The notes under the pieces are model-generated. The model was given only the letters and a program-made list of their open reading frames with translations. It was not told the origin of the DNA and did not search any database. From Abditibacteriaceae bacterium (GTDB taxonomy: Bacteria > Armatimonadota > Abditibacteriia > Abditibacteriales > Abditibacteriaceae): a stretch of 36,811 nucleotides of DNA. The stretch spans positions 1-36,811 of the forward strand of contig JANPJS010000084.1 of the NCBI GenBank assembly GCA_031425655.1, given 5' to 3'. Positions 26,276-35,831 of the stretch are shown here, in pieces (within the stretch, counting starts at the first letter, position 1; each line of letters opens with the position of its first letter). A program made the translations under genes and the position numbers.

Positions 26276-27258
26276 CAGCGATCTGTGGCGCGTGCGGAGC
26301 CTTTAGCATTCAGCACGAAAGTGCCTTGAGCTTTGCCGCCGTCCCGCGCTTTGAGGCGCACGTCGCGCAGCGAGAAATTTAGATTTCCGTTTTTTACGGC
26401 GTCAATTATTACGATGCCGTTGAGAGAATCCCAATCGTTATCGCCATCGTTTGCGGCGCCGAATTCCGAATACGAAAGGCTGTTGCCGCTACCGGGCGCG
26501 AAGCTGAATTTCTGTCCGGCTTGGAGTTTTTGGGCCGGCGGCGGCTGCACGCTAAAAACTATCTGTCGCGCGCGTTTGCCGTCCTTTAAAATAAACGAGG
26601 CTGTCCATAGCCCCTGGGTTTTTGCGGGCACATGGCAGAAAGCCAGCGGCAAATCAAGGCTGTTGCTCAAAACCCGCGCGCTGCTCAGTTGCGAAATTTG
26701 GCCTTTCAATTGATGCGGCGACTGAGGCGCTTTGGCATCTGAAGTCGTGCCGTAGCCAAAGGGCGTTGAAGGCGTTGAGCCATCGAGCGCCGGAACCGCG
26801 CCGCTGGCGACTTTGCCCGCTACCATGACGCCGTAATAGCCGGGCTGTGTGGCGGTCGGCAACACGCCGGAGATTGCGAATTCATGCAAAGGCGCGGGGA
26901 ATTCTCCGATCACGCGATAGCTGCCCGGCTCCGCGAAGCGTCCCTTCACGGCGTATTCCCCTGCCGGAAGCGGAAAGTCAATGCGTGGGATGCTGCCAAC
27001 GTGGCTCACGAGTTGAAAACGCGCCCCAACCGGCGCCAGCGAGACATTTGTGGCAGCGAGGCGCAAAGAGCCGGTCGCAATGTCTCCGCGCACCGTTAAG
27101 CGCAATACGCCTTTTTGGCCGGTATTGAAACCTATCGGAATGTCTGGATAAGTGTGTCCGCGCCGCAGCCAAACGCCCGCACCGATTATGGCCGCTACCA
27201 ATGTGAAGGCCGCAATTCCTTGAAATAGCCGTCGCCGACTCTGTGTATTTGTAGGCAT
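26275..27258 (-). CDS. Hypothetical exported or membrane-anchored protein
   Basis: 327-aa ORF. N-terminal 'SRRRLF' plus a hydrophobic helix (possible Tat-like signal or anchor). The remainder looks beta-rich. Confidence 0.7.
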   Translation of the reverse strand: MPTNTQSRRRLFQGIAAFTLVAAIIGAGVWLRRGHTYPDIPIGFNTGQKGVLRLTVRGDIATGSLRLAATNVSLAPVGARFQLVSHVGSIPRIDFPLPAGEYAVKGRFAEPGSYRVIGEFPAPLHEFAISGVLPTATQPGYYGVMVAGKVASGAVPALDGSTPSTPFGYGTTSDAKAPQSPHQLKGQISQLSSARVLSNSLDLPLAFCHVPAKTQGLWTASFILKDGKRARQIVFSVQPPPAQKLQAGQKFSFAPGSGNSLSYSEFGAANDGDNDWDSLNGIVIIDAVKNGNLNFSLRDVRLKARDGGKAQGTFVLNAKGSARATDR

Positions 27259-27360
27259 ATCGCTTCGCCGTCCCGCAAGGAATTATAGCGGCGCTTTCTT
27301 GATTTATGCAGCAACACGGCTCTGATAAGCTCTTTTCAGAAAGAAGTTTTTGGAATTTTT

Positions 27361-28149
27361 ATGCGAACCGCTTTGCAACGTCACTGGCCCGAATATCTGA
27401 TGGAAGCCGCCAGTCTGGGCCTTCTGATGATTTCCCTGTGTTCGGTCGTGATTTTAGTCGGACATCCTGCCTCATCGCTGTCGCAAGTCGTTTCCGACCC
27501 GCTGCAACGCCGAATTGTCATCGGCATCGTGGTGGGATTGACCATTATCGCTCTGATTTATTCGCCGTGGGGCAAGCAATCCGGCGCGCATCTTAATCCG
27601 GCGGTGACTTTGGCTTTTTGGCGCGCTGGGAAAATAGCGCCGTGGGATGCCGGTTTCTACGTTGTAGCGCAGTTTGTAGGCGGCATGGCCGGCGCGTGGA
27701 TCATGGCAACGCTGCTGCATGGATTTATGGCGCATCCTGCGGTCAATTACGTCGCCACGGCGCCGGGCGCAAGCGGGGTCGGCGTTGCGTGGCTGGCCGA
27801 ATGCGCCATATCGTTCGTGCTGATGTTAGTTCTTCTGACGGCTTCCAATACGCCGCATTTGGCGCGTTATACCGGCCTTTTCGTTGGCGCATTGCTGACG
27901 ATTTTCATTATTGTCGAAGCGCCGTTATCGGGCATGAGTATGAATCCGGCGCGCACTTTCGGCTCGGCGCTGCCGGGCCAGTTGTGGACGGCGCTGTGGA
28001 TTTATTTCACCGCTCCGCCGCTGGGAATGCTGATGGCCGCGCAAGTTTATTTGTGGCGCAACGGCCAACACGGCGTTGCCTGCGCCAAATTGCATCATCA
28101 CAACGATAAACGCTGCATTTTCTGCGAACACCATCGGCAGAAGGCTTGA
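27361..28149 (+). CDS. MIP family channel (aquaporin)
   Basis: Two NPA boxes ('SGAHLNPAVT', 'GMSMNPARTFG'), six TM helices, and a C-terminal 'CAKLHHHNDKRCIFC'. Confidence 0.95.
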   Translation: MRTALQRHWPEYLMEAASLGLLMISLCSVVILVGHPASSLSQVVSDPLQRRIVIGIVVGLTIIALIYSPWGKQSGAHLNPAVTLAFWRAGKIAPWDAGFYVVAQFVGGMAGAWIMATLLHGFMAHPAVNYVATAPGASGVGVAWLAECAISFVLMLVLLTASNTPHLARYTGLFVGALLTIFIIVEAPLSGMSMNPARTFGSALPGQLWTALWIYFTAPPLGMLMAAQVYLWRNGQHGVACAKLHHHNDKRCIFCEHHRQKA

Positions 28150-28263
28150 AAAATTGTCACACGGCCTCTTGTTAGGTTTGTGCGACGGGCTTACAATTTA
28201 AGCGAAGAGGCGCCCGATTTTGGGCCGCTGTGATTGAGACCAGTCGTTTCTGGGAATGTCACC

Positions 28264-28983
28264 ATGAATTTTTCTCCCGCGTATGCTACAACCGTTTTTG
28301 CGGTTATTTTAGCCGGCGATTTTTTGGCGGGCGCACCGGCGGCAATGGCCGCTCCGCGTCCGGCGACAGTTGTTTCGGGGAGCGTGGTTGTGCGGCGCAA
28401 GAATCTTCGCACGACCACCACGCTGCACGCCAACGATAGCTTGAACGAAGGCGACGTTGTGGCGACCGGCGCCACCAGAGCCTCGCTGCAATTTAATGAC
28501 GGCTCCAAAGTGGATATGTCTTCGGATTCGGCCATTGAAATTACCAAGCCGACTTCGGTGGGGCAGGGCAAACTGCTGCTGCGCGCTTTGAACGGGCGCG
28601 TGTCGGCTCGCCTTCGTCCCGACAAAGTCATCGCCACGCGCACCGCTTTAATCCGCGTCAAGGGCACCGAAATCGTTATCAGCATCGCCGCCGATGGCAC
28701 GACGACATTGGAAGTGTTGGAAGGCGCCGCCGAGTTCTTTAGTCCCTGCGGGCAAGTGTTGGTGGGAGCCGGTAAGAAGAGCGATGCGCGGCCCGGCACC
28801 GCGCCGACGACGCCGTCGGACATTCCGAATTTGGACGCGCTGTTGAAAGATTGGCAGATTACGGGAATTTCAACCGAAGTGCCACGCGCAACCGGCAAAT
28901 CATCTGCGATTTTTAGCGCCGTGACGGAGCCGAAAAAAGACCTTGAGAACACGCCGGAGGCCGACACCAAACCGCCTGCGTAA
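28264..28983 (+). CDS. Secreted FecR-domain protein
   Basis: Signal-like N-terminus ending 'APAAMA'. Motif 'LNEGDVVATG...SLQFNDGS...RVKGTE...GTTTLEVLEG'. The ATG at 28264 is preferred over 28234. Confidence 0.82.
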   Translation: MNFSPAYATTVFAVILAGDFLAGAPAAMAAPRPATVVSGSVVVRRKNLRTTTTLHANDSLNEGDVVATGATRASLQFNDGSKVDMSSDSAIEITKPTSVGQGKLLLRALNGRVSARLRPDKVIATRTALIRVKGTEIVISIAADGTTTLEVLEGAAEFFSPCGQVLVGAGKKSDARPGTAPTTPSDIPNLDALLKDWQITGISTEVPRATGKSSAIFSAVTEPKKDLENTPEADTKPPA

Positions 28984-28994
28984 CGGCTGCTAAG

Positions 28995-29040
28995 CAATAA
29001 AAAAGGAGGAGCGGCTCAAAGCCGCTCCTCCTTTTTATTG
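28995..29040. terminator. Bidirectional intrinsic terminator
   Basis: CAATAAAAAAGGAGGAGCGGCT-CAA-AGCCGCTCCTCCTTTTTATTG between convergent genes, with A and T tracts on either side. Confidence 0.92.
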
Positions 29041-29047
29041 GCCCGAA

Positions 29048-29611
29048 TCAGCGGGCTTTATCCAGCGCTTTGCCCAAACGATTGAGAATCGTCACGGCAT
29101 TCTCTAAAGCCGTCGTTGTCGCTTCGATGGCTTGCAGGCGCTTTTGAACGCCGCTTATTTGCTGCGGCGCAGGATTGGACGCCAGAATTTTTTGCTGCTC
29201 CCCAACCGAAGCCGCCAACGAGCCGCGCAGCCGCGTTGCGATTTGCACCGTTCGATTATAAGCGCGCCAGTTGACGTTGGAACAACCGCAAAATGGCAGC
29301 AGTTTGTCCATGCTGCGATTGAAATCAATGACGTTATCCAGCAAAGCGGTGCCGCCCGGAGTGTCGGCCTGCGCCATCATCACGGACAGGGGCGTGTTAA
29401 TGCCGATAGTGCGGATTTCCGGCGGGGCAGCGAGTAGAACGTCGGCGCGAGATGACACGCCAAGATTGTCCAAAGAAGGCCCGGTGACATCTGATAGATT
29501 TCCTGACGAAGGGTAGCCGTCTTGTGCCCATGCCGGCAAAGCCACTGCGCAAGGAGATATTGCCAGCAGCAAACGCAGGCCGTAGGTTGGAAGTGATGAT
29601 TTGGTTTTCAT
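29048..29611 (-). CDS. Secreted hypothetical protein with helical C-terminus
   Basis: Signal peptide ending 'LPAWA'. GAGG RBS. Starts 22 bp after the barrel gene stop. Confidence 0.75.
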   Translation of the reverse strand: MKTKSSLPTYGLRLLLAISPCAVALPAWAQDGYPSSGNLSDVTGPSLDNLGVSSRADVLLAAPPEIRTIGINTPLSVMMAQADTPGGTALLDNVIDFNRSMDKLLPFCGCSNVNWRAYNRTVQIATRLRGSLAASVGEQQKILASNPAPQQISGVQKRLQAIEATTTALENAVTILNRLGKALDKAR

Positions 29612-29633
29612 AAATTCCTCTCGAAATCGCTCG

Positions 29634-30578
29634 TTATTTGAGCAAATAACCTACACCCAGCGTGAAGCGGGTGCCGTCGCCGCCCGGCCCGGCCACATCG
29701 GCCAGAGCCGGCGTGATAACCAACGGCAAGTTTTTCCAGGGCACCAAAGAAACGCCGACGTTGAGCGCCTGTCCTGTCCATTCCGTAAATAAAATCGCCG
29801 AGCGGCTAAGGTTGATGGACGCGCTGCCGAAGACGTTAACCGAACCCGTATCGCTCAGCACGTTGCTTTCGGAGCGAAAACGCCCGTTGCCAATGCCTCC
29901 CGAAAGGTAAAGGCGGCTAAACGGCTTGCGGCTGCTTTCTGCGAGGCGCACTTTTTTGCTAACAACGGCGTAAACACTGCGCTGCCCATCGGTAAACCCG
30001 CGCACCAGCAGATTCTCGAAGCCCACCGCCACCGCATAATCGTTTTTCAGGCGACGATGCAGCTTGAGACCCAGTGAAGCGCGATCACCAAATTGTGAAA
30101 GATCGAGCGCCGTCAATTGCACGTCGGCGCCGATTTTTTCGGGGTCGCCGAAGCCGATAATCATTCCGGCTGTGCCATCGTCACTCTGGCCGAATCGTGT
30201 GCGCTCCTGATAGCCGAAACCGACGCCGAAGGCGCCTTTTCCGCCTCCGTAGGCCGATGGGATATTGGAATTCAGGCCCGGCACTAAAAGCCAGATCGGT
30301 TCGAGATTCGTTTTTTCCATCTGGCCCAAACGCTCTGTGACGTGCGACAGCCGCTTCATCAAATCCTCGGCCTGCTGTTGAGGAGTTTGCGTGTCGTCCG
30401 CGACCAAAGTCACGATGGGAGGCAGCGGCAAATCGGCGCTTTGAGCCGAATCGGCGCTTTGAGCCGAAGCTGTGGGCATACCGGACACGACTATCGCCAA
30501 CGCGCAGACAACACTTGCCGCTTGATGGCGCGAAACCGCCAAAGGCCCGACTTTACGCATTTCGTCCCGGAGTTTCAT
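29634..30578 (-). CDS. Putative outer-membrane beta-barrel protein
   Basis: Signal peptide ending 'PTASA'. Alternating amphipathic strands ('FGVGFGYQ', 'VAVGFEN', 'LYLSGGIGNGRF') and aromatic C-terminal 'FTLGVGY'. Start uncertain (30578, 30560 or 30638). Confidence 0.75.
   Translation of the reverse strand: MKLRDEMRKVGPLAVSRHQAASVVCALAIVVSGMPTASAQSADSAQSADLPLPPIVTLVADDTQTPQQQAEDLMKRLSHVTERLGQMEKTNLEPIWLLVPGLNSNIPSAYGGGKGAFGVGFGYQERTRFGQSDDGTAGMIIGFGDPEKIGADVQLTALDLSQFGDRASLGLKLHRRLKNDYAVAVGFENLLVRGFTDGQRSVYAVVSKKVRLAESSRKPFSRLYLSGGIGNGRFRSESNVLSDTGSVNVFGSASINLSRSAILFTEWTGQALNVGVSLVPWKNLPLVITPALADVAGPGGDGTRFTLGVGYLLK
30431..30466. repeat. In-frame 2 x 18-bp tandem repeat (SAQSAD x2)
   Basis: AATCGGCGCTTTGAGCCG occurs at 30431 and 30449. 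Confidence 0.9.
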
Positions 30579-30724
30579 GATTAAATTCCCGAAATTGAAT
30601 AATAAGTTATGGGATGTTGCCAATCTCAAGCGCCACATGACGGCCTGCGTGAGATGATACCATTAACTATGATGACCGGTTTGTTTACCGGCATCGCCTA
30701 AGTAAAGCAGCGGAGGGAATTGTT

Positions 30725-33700
30725 GTGAAGTGGCACGAATGGCTGGCTCAACTGGAACAATTGCCGTCGGACGCGCCCGAATGGGACGACTATCCGAACT
30801 TCATTTCGGTTGTCGAGCAACTCGGCGCCGCCAAACTGCGCGAACGAGCCGACACAAGTGCGGCGCTGGAAAAGGTCTTATCGCGTCTGCAACACGATTA
30901 TAATTCATCGCTGGCCCGCTTTGGGCAAAGTGCATTGGTCGCTGCGGCAACAGAAAATAGTGCGACGGCACACGCCGCGCGCATCGTGAAGCTCGTTAAA
31001 CAGCTTTGCACGGTGCTGGATAGTTTTGAAGAATCATCGGAGAAAATTCCCGCCTCGCCGGACGAATATCAAGAATTGCGACGCACACGCAACACGCAGG
31101 AAGACGAAATTCTCAGCCTTTGTGCCGGTTTAGGACGCATTTTTTCCGGCGCTGAAGAAATCGAAGAAACCGACGAAATCGAAGAAAATATCCCAAAAGT
31201 TTCCGAGGCATTGGCCACCTTGCAAGCCGTGGCGTTGGAAACCGTGGCGTCGGGAAATGTGGCCTTGAAAATCGCCGCGCAGCCCCTCGCGGCGCCGCAG
31301 AATCTTGAAACGGCCTCAGACAGCGCTCCAAATCCTGAACCTGAACCGCAACTAACACTTGAGCCGAAAATACAGCCGGATTCCCATCCCAACCTGCAAC
31401 TTTCCACGGCGCAAAACGAGCCTGTTGTAGATGCTCAAACGTCCAAGCAGGAATTCTCGAACGGCACCGCAAAACACCCACCCGCTCCGCATTCGCATCA
31501 CGCTACGTTAGAAATCTTTGATGTCACCGCGGACAACAAAATCAACGTGCTGGAATTTGAAGTTGATGATCTTGAATCGAACGCCGCAATACCGAGTGGC
31601 GCGGCGCTGATTGAACACACCGGCGAACAAATTAGTGCGCTTATTGAAACGCCTTCGCCGGCCACGCCCGCAACGGAAGCCGCGCCCACATCGGCGCCGG
31701 ATTTACTTGAAACGAATTCCGCGCCGACTGCGGTCATCGAAAAAAGCGCCGCTCCGACTTCGGCATCGGAAAACCAAAACGACAATGCGATCGCGGGCGA
31801 AATCGTCGTGAGGAAGCTGAAAATTTTTATTTCCTCGCCCGGCGATGTGGGACAAGAGCGCCTGATCGCCCAGCGTGTCGTCGGGCGTTTGCAGCACGAA
31901 TTCTCGGCGTTTATGGAATTGGAGCCGATTCTCTGGGAACACGAGCCGTTGCGCGCCACCAGCCACTTTCAGGATCAAATCGCGGCGCCTTCGATGGCCG
32001 ACATTGTCATTTGCATTCTCTGGTCACGTTTGGGCACGCGCTTGCCGGCTCATTTTCATCGCGCGGATGGATCGCTTTACGATTCGGGCACCGAATGGGA
32101 ATTCGAGGACGCTTTAGCCGCCTACAAAGAGCGCGGCACGCCGGATTTAATCGTTTATCGCAAGTCGGCGGAGCCTCACGCCAGCATGAGCGACGAAGAA
32201 GCGCTTTTGCAAAAACTGGGGCAAAAACGCGCTCTCGATACTTTCATTGACCGCTGGTTCGGCAATCCTCACGAGAGTTTCAAAGCGGCGTTTCACCAGT
32301 TTCCTTCGCCCGACGCTTTTGAAGAATTGCTCGAAAACCATTTGCGCCGCCTCATCCGCGACCGCCTGCCGCAACACGTCACCGAAGACGGCGAAGCGGC
32401 GGTTTCGGTGCGCTGGCACAAAGGCTCGCCGTTTCGCGGTTTGGAAGCCTTCGATTTCGAGCACGCGCCGATTTTCTTTGGCCGCACGCGCGCCATCGGC
32501 GAAATCCGCGAACGCTTAGCGATGCAAGCGCATCATAATCGCGCGTTTCTGCTGGTTTTCGGCATGAGCGGCAGCGGCAAATCGTCCCTTGTGCGCGCCG
32601 GTGTGCTGCCGACCATCACGCATCCCGGCATCGTCGAAGGCGTGGCTTTGTGGCGTTGGGGCATCATGCGCCCGACCGACGCGCGCGACCCGATTCTCGC
32701 CCTTGCTTTAGCCCTGCACAGCGACGAAGCATTGCCTGAACTGCAAAGCCGAGGGCTGGATGCCAAAGAACTCGCCGACTTGCTCCGCGATGCGCCGCAA
32801 AGCGCATTGGGGCCGCTCCGCGCCGCGCTGCAAGGCTTTGCTGAAGCGACCGCCGGGCGCGAAAAGCTTTCAACGGTTCCCAACGCACGTTTGGCGATTG
32901 TCATTGACCAATTCGAGGAAATTTTCACCCACGACAGCGTAGATGCGACCATGCGCTCGCAATTCATCACGGCGCTTTCGGTTTTGGCGCGCAGTGGTTT
33001 CGTGTGGATTTTAGGCACCATGCGCAGTGATTTCTTCGCGCGCTGCGCCGAGATTCCCGAACTCATGGCGCTCAAGGAAGGCAGCGGCCAGTATCATTTG
33101 CTGCCGCCGAATTTCGCCGAACTCAGCCAGATGCTGGTGCAGCCGGCCCGCGCCGCAGGATTGCGTTTCGAGATCGCTGCCGATACGGGAAATCGGCTCA
33201 GCGACGTGCTGCAAGAAGCCGCCGGCAAAAACCCCGGCGCGCTGCCACTGTTACAATTCACGTTAGACGAGCTTTTCAAGCGCCGCACCGACAAAGGCGT
33301 GCTAACCTTCGCCGCTTACGAGGATTTGGGCGGACTCGAAGGCGCTTTGTCGCAGCGCGCCGAAGAAGTTTTCGCCGCCTTGCCGCTGGAAGTGCAAGGC
33401 GAACTGCCGTTTGTCTTGCGCGCTTTAGTCACGGTCAGCGAAGAGCGCGACGTAAAAGTCGGCGCGCGGCGTGCGCCTCTGGACACCATTGCCACCAACG
33501 AAACGCGGCGTCAATTGGTCGAAGCGTTCATCGCAGCGCGCCTTTTGGTCAGCGACGAGGCCGAAACCGAGGAAGAAAGCGAGTCCGTGTTGCGCGTGGC
33601 GCATGAAGCCTTGCTGCGCCATTGGCCGCGCGTGCAGCACTGGCTGGTTGAGGACATGGAATTTCTGCGCGCTCGTGGCCGCGTAATGAGCCAGGCCGCG

Positions 33701-35452
33701 CGCTGGGCCGACGAAAATCGCAGGCCGGAATATCTTCTGCGCGAAGGCCGGCCCCTCATTGAAGGGCAGGATTTACTGGCGCGCCGCCGCGAAGATTTGG
33801 AGCCGGCGTCCGTGGAATATATCGAAATTTCCAGTCGCGGCGCGCGGCGAGCGCGGCGCAAACGTGTCGGCATCATTTCCGGCGTCGTGGCGACGTTTTT
33901 CGGCGTAGTTTCCGGCTTCGGAGCCTTTAGTTACGCCCAATGGCAGGAAACCGAAGGCCAAAAGCAAATCTCCGAGCGCCAGAAAGTTATGGCGATGGAA
34001 GCCCTCGACCAATGGACTTATAAAGTGCCGGAAAAACTCGCGCGCATTCCCGGCGCGCGGCCCATTATTTCGACGATTTTCTCGGAAAATATCAAGCTGC
34101 TCGACGGAATTATCGCCCTGAACCCGGACGCCGATGCCGCGCAACGCGAAAAAGCCTCCAACCTGCAAAAAGTCGGCGATACCTGGCTCGATCTCAACGA
34201 TACAGCCGCCGCGAAAAAGGCTTACGATGACAGCTTCGCCATCATCGAAAAGCGCGCCGCGAAAAAGAACGACGATAAATCGCGGCGCGATCTGGCGACC
34301 AGTCTGGAAAAAGTCGGTGATATTCGGCAGAGAATTAACGAATTGCCGCAAGCGAAAATCGCTTATGAGCGGAGTCTTGCTTTACGCCGCGCGTTGGCCG
34401 AAAGCGATTCCGACCGCGTTTTGCAGCGCGAAATTTCGGTGAGTTATGAAAGAGTCGGCGAGGTGCGGCTGGCGCTCAAAGATTCCTCCGGAGGCTTCGC
34501 GGCCTTTGAAGAATCCCTGAAAATTCGCAAGACGCTCGCCACCGACAAAACTAATAAACAAGCGTCGCACGATCTGCTCGGTATCGCCTTAAAAATGGGC
34601 GATGCTTATCTGGATCGAGGCCAAAAAGACAAGGCCGGGCAAACGTTTGAGCAATGCCTGCAAATCGCAAAATCCAGCCAGCGCGCGGGCGACGATGAGG
34701 CGGCGCGCCATTTATCGGCGGTTTACGACCGCTTGGGCGACTTGCAGCTTGAAAACGGCAAAATCGTCGAGGCGCTGCAACGCTACGAGAGCAGTCTGCT
34801 AATCGCGCAAAAACTCGCCAAAACACAAAAAACCGCCGAAGCCGCGCACGATTTAATGGGCAGCTACGACCGCATCGGCAGCGTTTATTTAGCGCAGGGA
34901 AAACCTGCCGAAGCGTTGGGATATTTCGCCAAAAGCCTGCCGCTTTGCGAATCGCTGGCAGAAGATGAAGCTAATCTATTAGCGCAACAGGAACTTCTGG
35001 AAAGCTACGTCAAAATCGGCGATGCGCAGCTTAACCTGACCAACTTAGTGCCCGCCCGCCGCGCTTATTGGCGCGCGACGGAAAAATACGCTGCGATGGA
35101 AAAGCGCTGGCCGCACGATGAGCGTTCCAAATTGCAGGCGGCCTCGGCTTTCGGCCAAATCGCGTATATTGACCTGCTTTTCCACAACGCCAAACAAGCG
35201 CTGGGCGAAGCGACTAAAGCCTTGATTCTTGCGCCCGACCAGACCTGGATTGCAGTTAATCTCGTTCACGCTTACGTGTTCAACGGGCGCGTTGATAAAG
35301 CCATTCAGCTTTGCCGGCGCCACGCCAAAAGCGATGTGGGCGGCACGCCTTTTCGTCAAGTTGTGCTGGACGATTTCAAGCAATTCGACGCGCGCGGCTT
35401 GAAGGCGCCGGGCATGGATGCGCTGCGCCAATGGTTCGCGCAAAATCCGTAA
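30725..35452 (+). CDS. DUF4062/TIR-like + nSTAND1 + TM + TPR protein with ~360-aa N-terminal extension; paralog of 15385..18876
   Basis: GTG start with GGAGGG RBS. Same motif series as the paralog: KIFISSPGDVGQER, SGTEWEFEDA, GMSGSGKSS, IVIDQFEE, MRSDF, TM 'IISGVVATFFGVVSGFGAF', then TPRs. Confidence 0.9.
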   Translation: MKWHEWLAQLEQLPSDAPEWDDYPNFISVVEQLGAAKLRERADTSAALEKVLSRLQHDYNSSLARFGQSALVAAATENSATAHAARIVKLVKQLCTVLDSFEESSEKIPASPDEYQELRRTRNTQEDEILSLCAGLGRIFSGAEEIEETDEIEENIPKVSEALATLQAVALETVASGNVALKIAAQPLAAPQNLETASDSAPNPEPEPQLTLEPKIQPDSHPNLQLSTAQNEPVVDAQTSKQEFSNGTAKHPPAPHSHHATLEIFDVTADNKINVLEFEVDDLESNAAIPSGAALIEHTGEQISALIETPSPATPATEAAPTSAPDLLETNSAPTAVIEKSAAPTSASENQNDNAIAGEIVVRKLKIFISSPGDVGQERLIAQRVVGRLQHEFSAFMELEPILWEHEPLRATSHFQDQIAAPSMADIVICILWSRLGTRLPAHFHRADGSLYDSGTEWEFEDALAAYKERGTPDLIVYRKSAEPHASMSDEEALLQKLGQKRALDTFIDRWFGNPHESFKAAFHQFPSPDAFEELLENHLRRLIRDRLPQHVTEDGEAAVSVRWHKGSPFRGLEAFDFEHAPIFFGRTRAIGEIRERLAMQAHHNRAFLLVFGMSGSGKSSLVRAGVLPTITHPGIVEGVALWRWGIMRPTDARDPILALALALHSDEALPELQSRGLDAKELADLLRDAPQSALGPLRAALQGFAEATAGREKLSTVPNARLAIVIDQFEEIFTHDSVDATMRSQFITALSVLARSGFVWILGTMRSDFFARCAEIPELMALKEGSGQYHLLPPNFAELSQMLVQPARAAGLRFEIAADTGNRLSDVLQEAAGKNPGALPLLQFTLDELFKRRTDKGVLTFAAYEDLGGLEGALSQRAEEVFAALPLEVQGELPFVLRALVTVSEERDVKVGARRAPLDTIATNETRRQLVEAFIAARLLVSDEAETEEESESVLRVAHEALLRHWPRVQHWLVEDMEFLRARGRVMSQAARWADENRRPEYLLREGRPLIEGQDLLARRREDLEPASVEYIEISSRGARRARRKRVGIISGVVATFFGVVSGFGAFSYAQWQETEGQKQISERQKVMAMEALDQWTYKVPEKLARIPGARPIISTIFSENIKLLDGIIALNPDADAAQREKASNLQKVGDTWLDLNDTAAAKKAYDDSFAIIEKRAAKKNDDKSRRDLATSLEKVGDIRQRINELPQAKIAYERSLALRRALAESDSDRVLQREISVSYERVGEVRLALKDSSGGFAAFEESLKIRKTLATDKTNKQASHDLLGIALKMGDAYLDRGQKDKAGQTFEQCLQIAKSSQRAGDDEAARHLSAVYDRLGDLQLENGKIVEALQRYESSLLIAQKLAKTQKTAEAAHDLMGSYDRIGSVYLAQGKPAEALGYFAKSLPLCESLAEDEANLLAQQELLESYVKIGDAQLNLTNLVPARRAYWRATEKYAAMEKRWPHDERSKLQAASAFGQIAYIDLLFHNAKQALGEATKALILAPDQTWIAVNLVHAYVFNGRVDKAIQLCRRHAKSDVGGTPFRQVVLDDFKQFDARGLKAPGMDALRQWFAQNP

Positions 35453-35561
35453 CCGCGAAGGGTTGTATTCGTTGTAGCAAAAGGGCGAGAGGCGCGTCTT
35501 CGGTATTTTTTTGTCGCCCGGAATTGCCATAAAAAATACTCAAAATTTAATCAAAAATAGC

Positions 35562-35590
35562 TTGACGAGTTTTGTGCGCAGCATTACAAT
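35562..35590 (+). promoter_or_regulatory. Sigma70-type promoter
   Basis: TTGACG (35562-35567), 17-bp spacer, TACAAT (35585-35590), preceded by an A/T-rich UP-like tract. Confidence 0.7.
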
Positions 35591-35831
35591 TGAGGCGTTA
35601 GAAGTCGTTGACCGTCTGCTGTGAAACGACCTGACGTTTCATACGCACCTTTTGAATCTATTGGTTGCTCCATACCAATCTCCGCTGTGCCTGAGCCAGT
35701 AGATTTTTTGTTGAATGGCGAAGCAATTTCTTCCCGCTTCGCCCATGCGCTGCCCGGCGCTCTTGCCGAAATACTTTTGCCGTAACGCTTTTGTCGTCAG
35801 ATCAAAAACCTTGAGAAAGGAAAGGACATTG

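Noticed and set aside
5000..35500. Prophage or integrative element carrying the island
   Set aside because: No integrase, transposase, phage structural genes, tRNA target or flanking att repeats were found.
35715..35831. Extended N-terminus of the DJ-1/PfpI ORF
   Set aside because: Family similarity begins at MAKKVLI (35832), which has an RBS.
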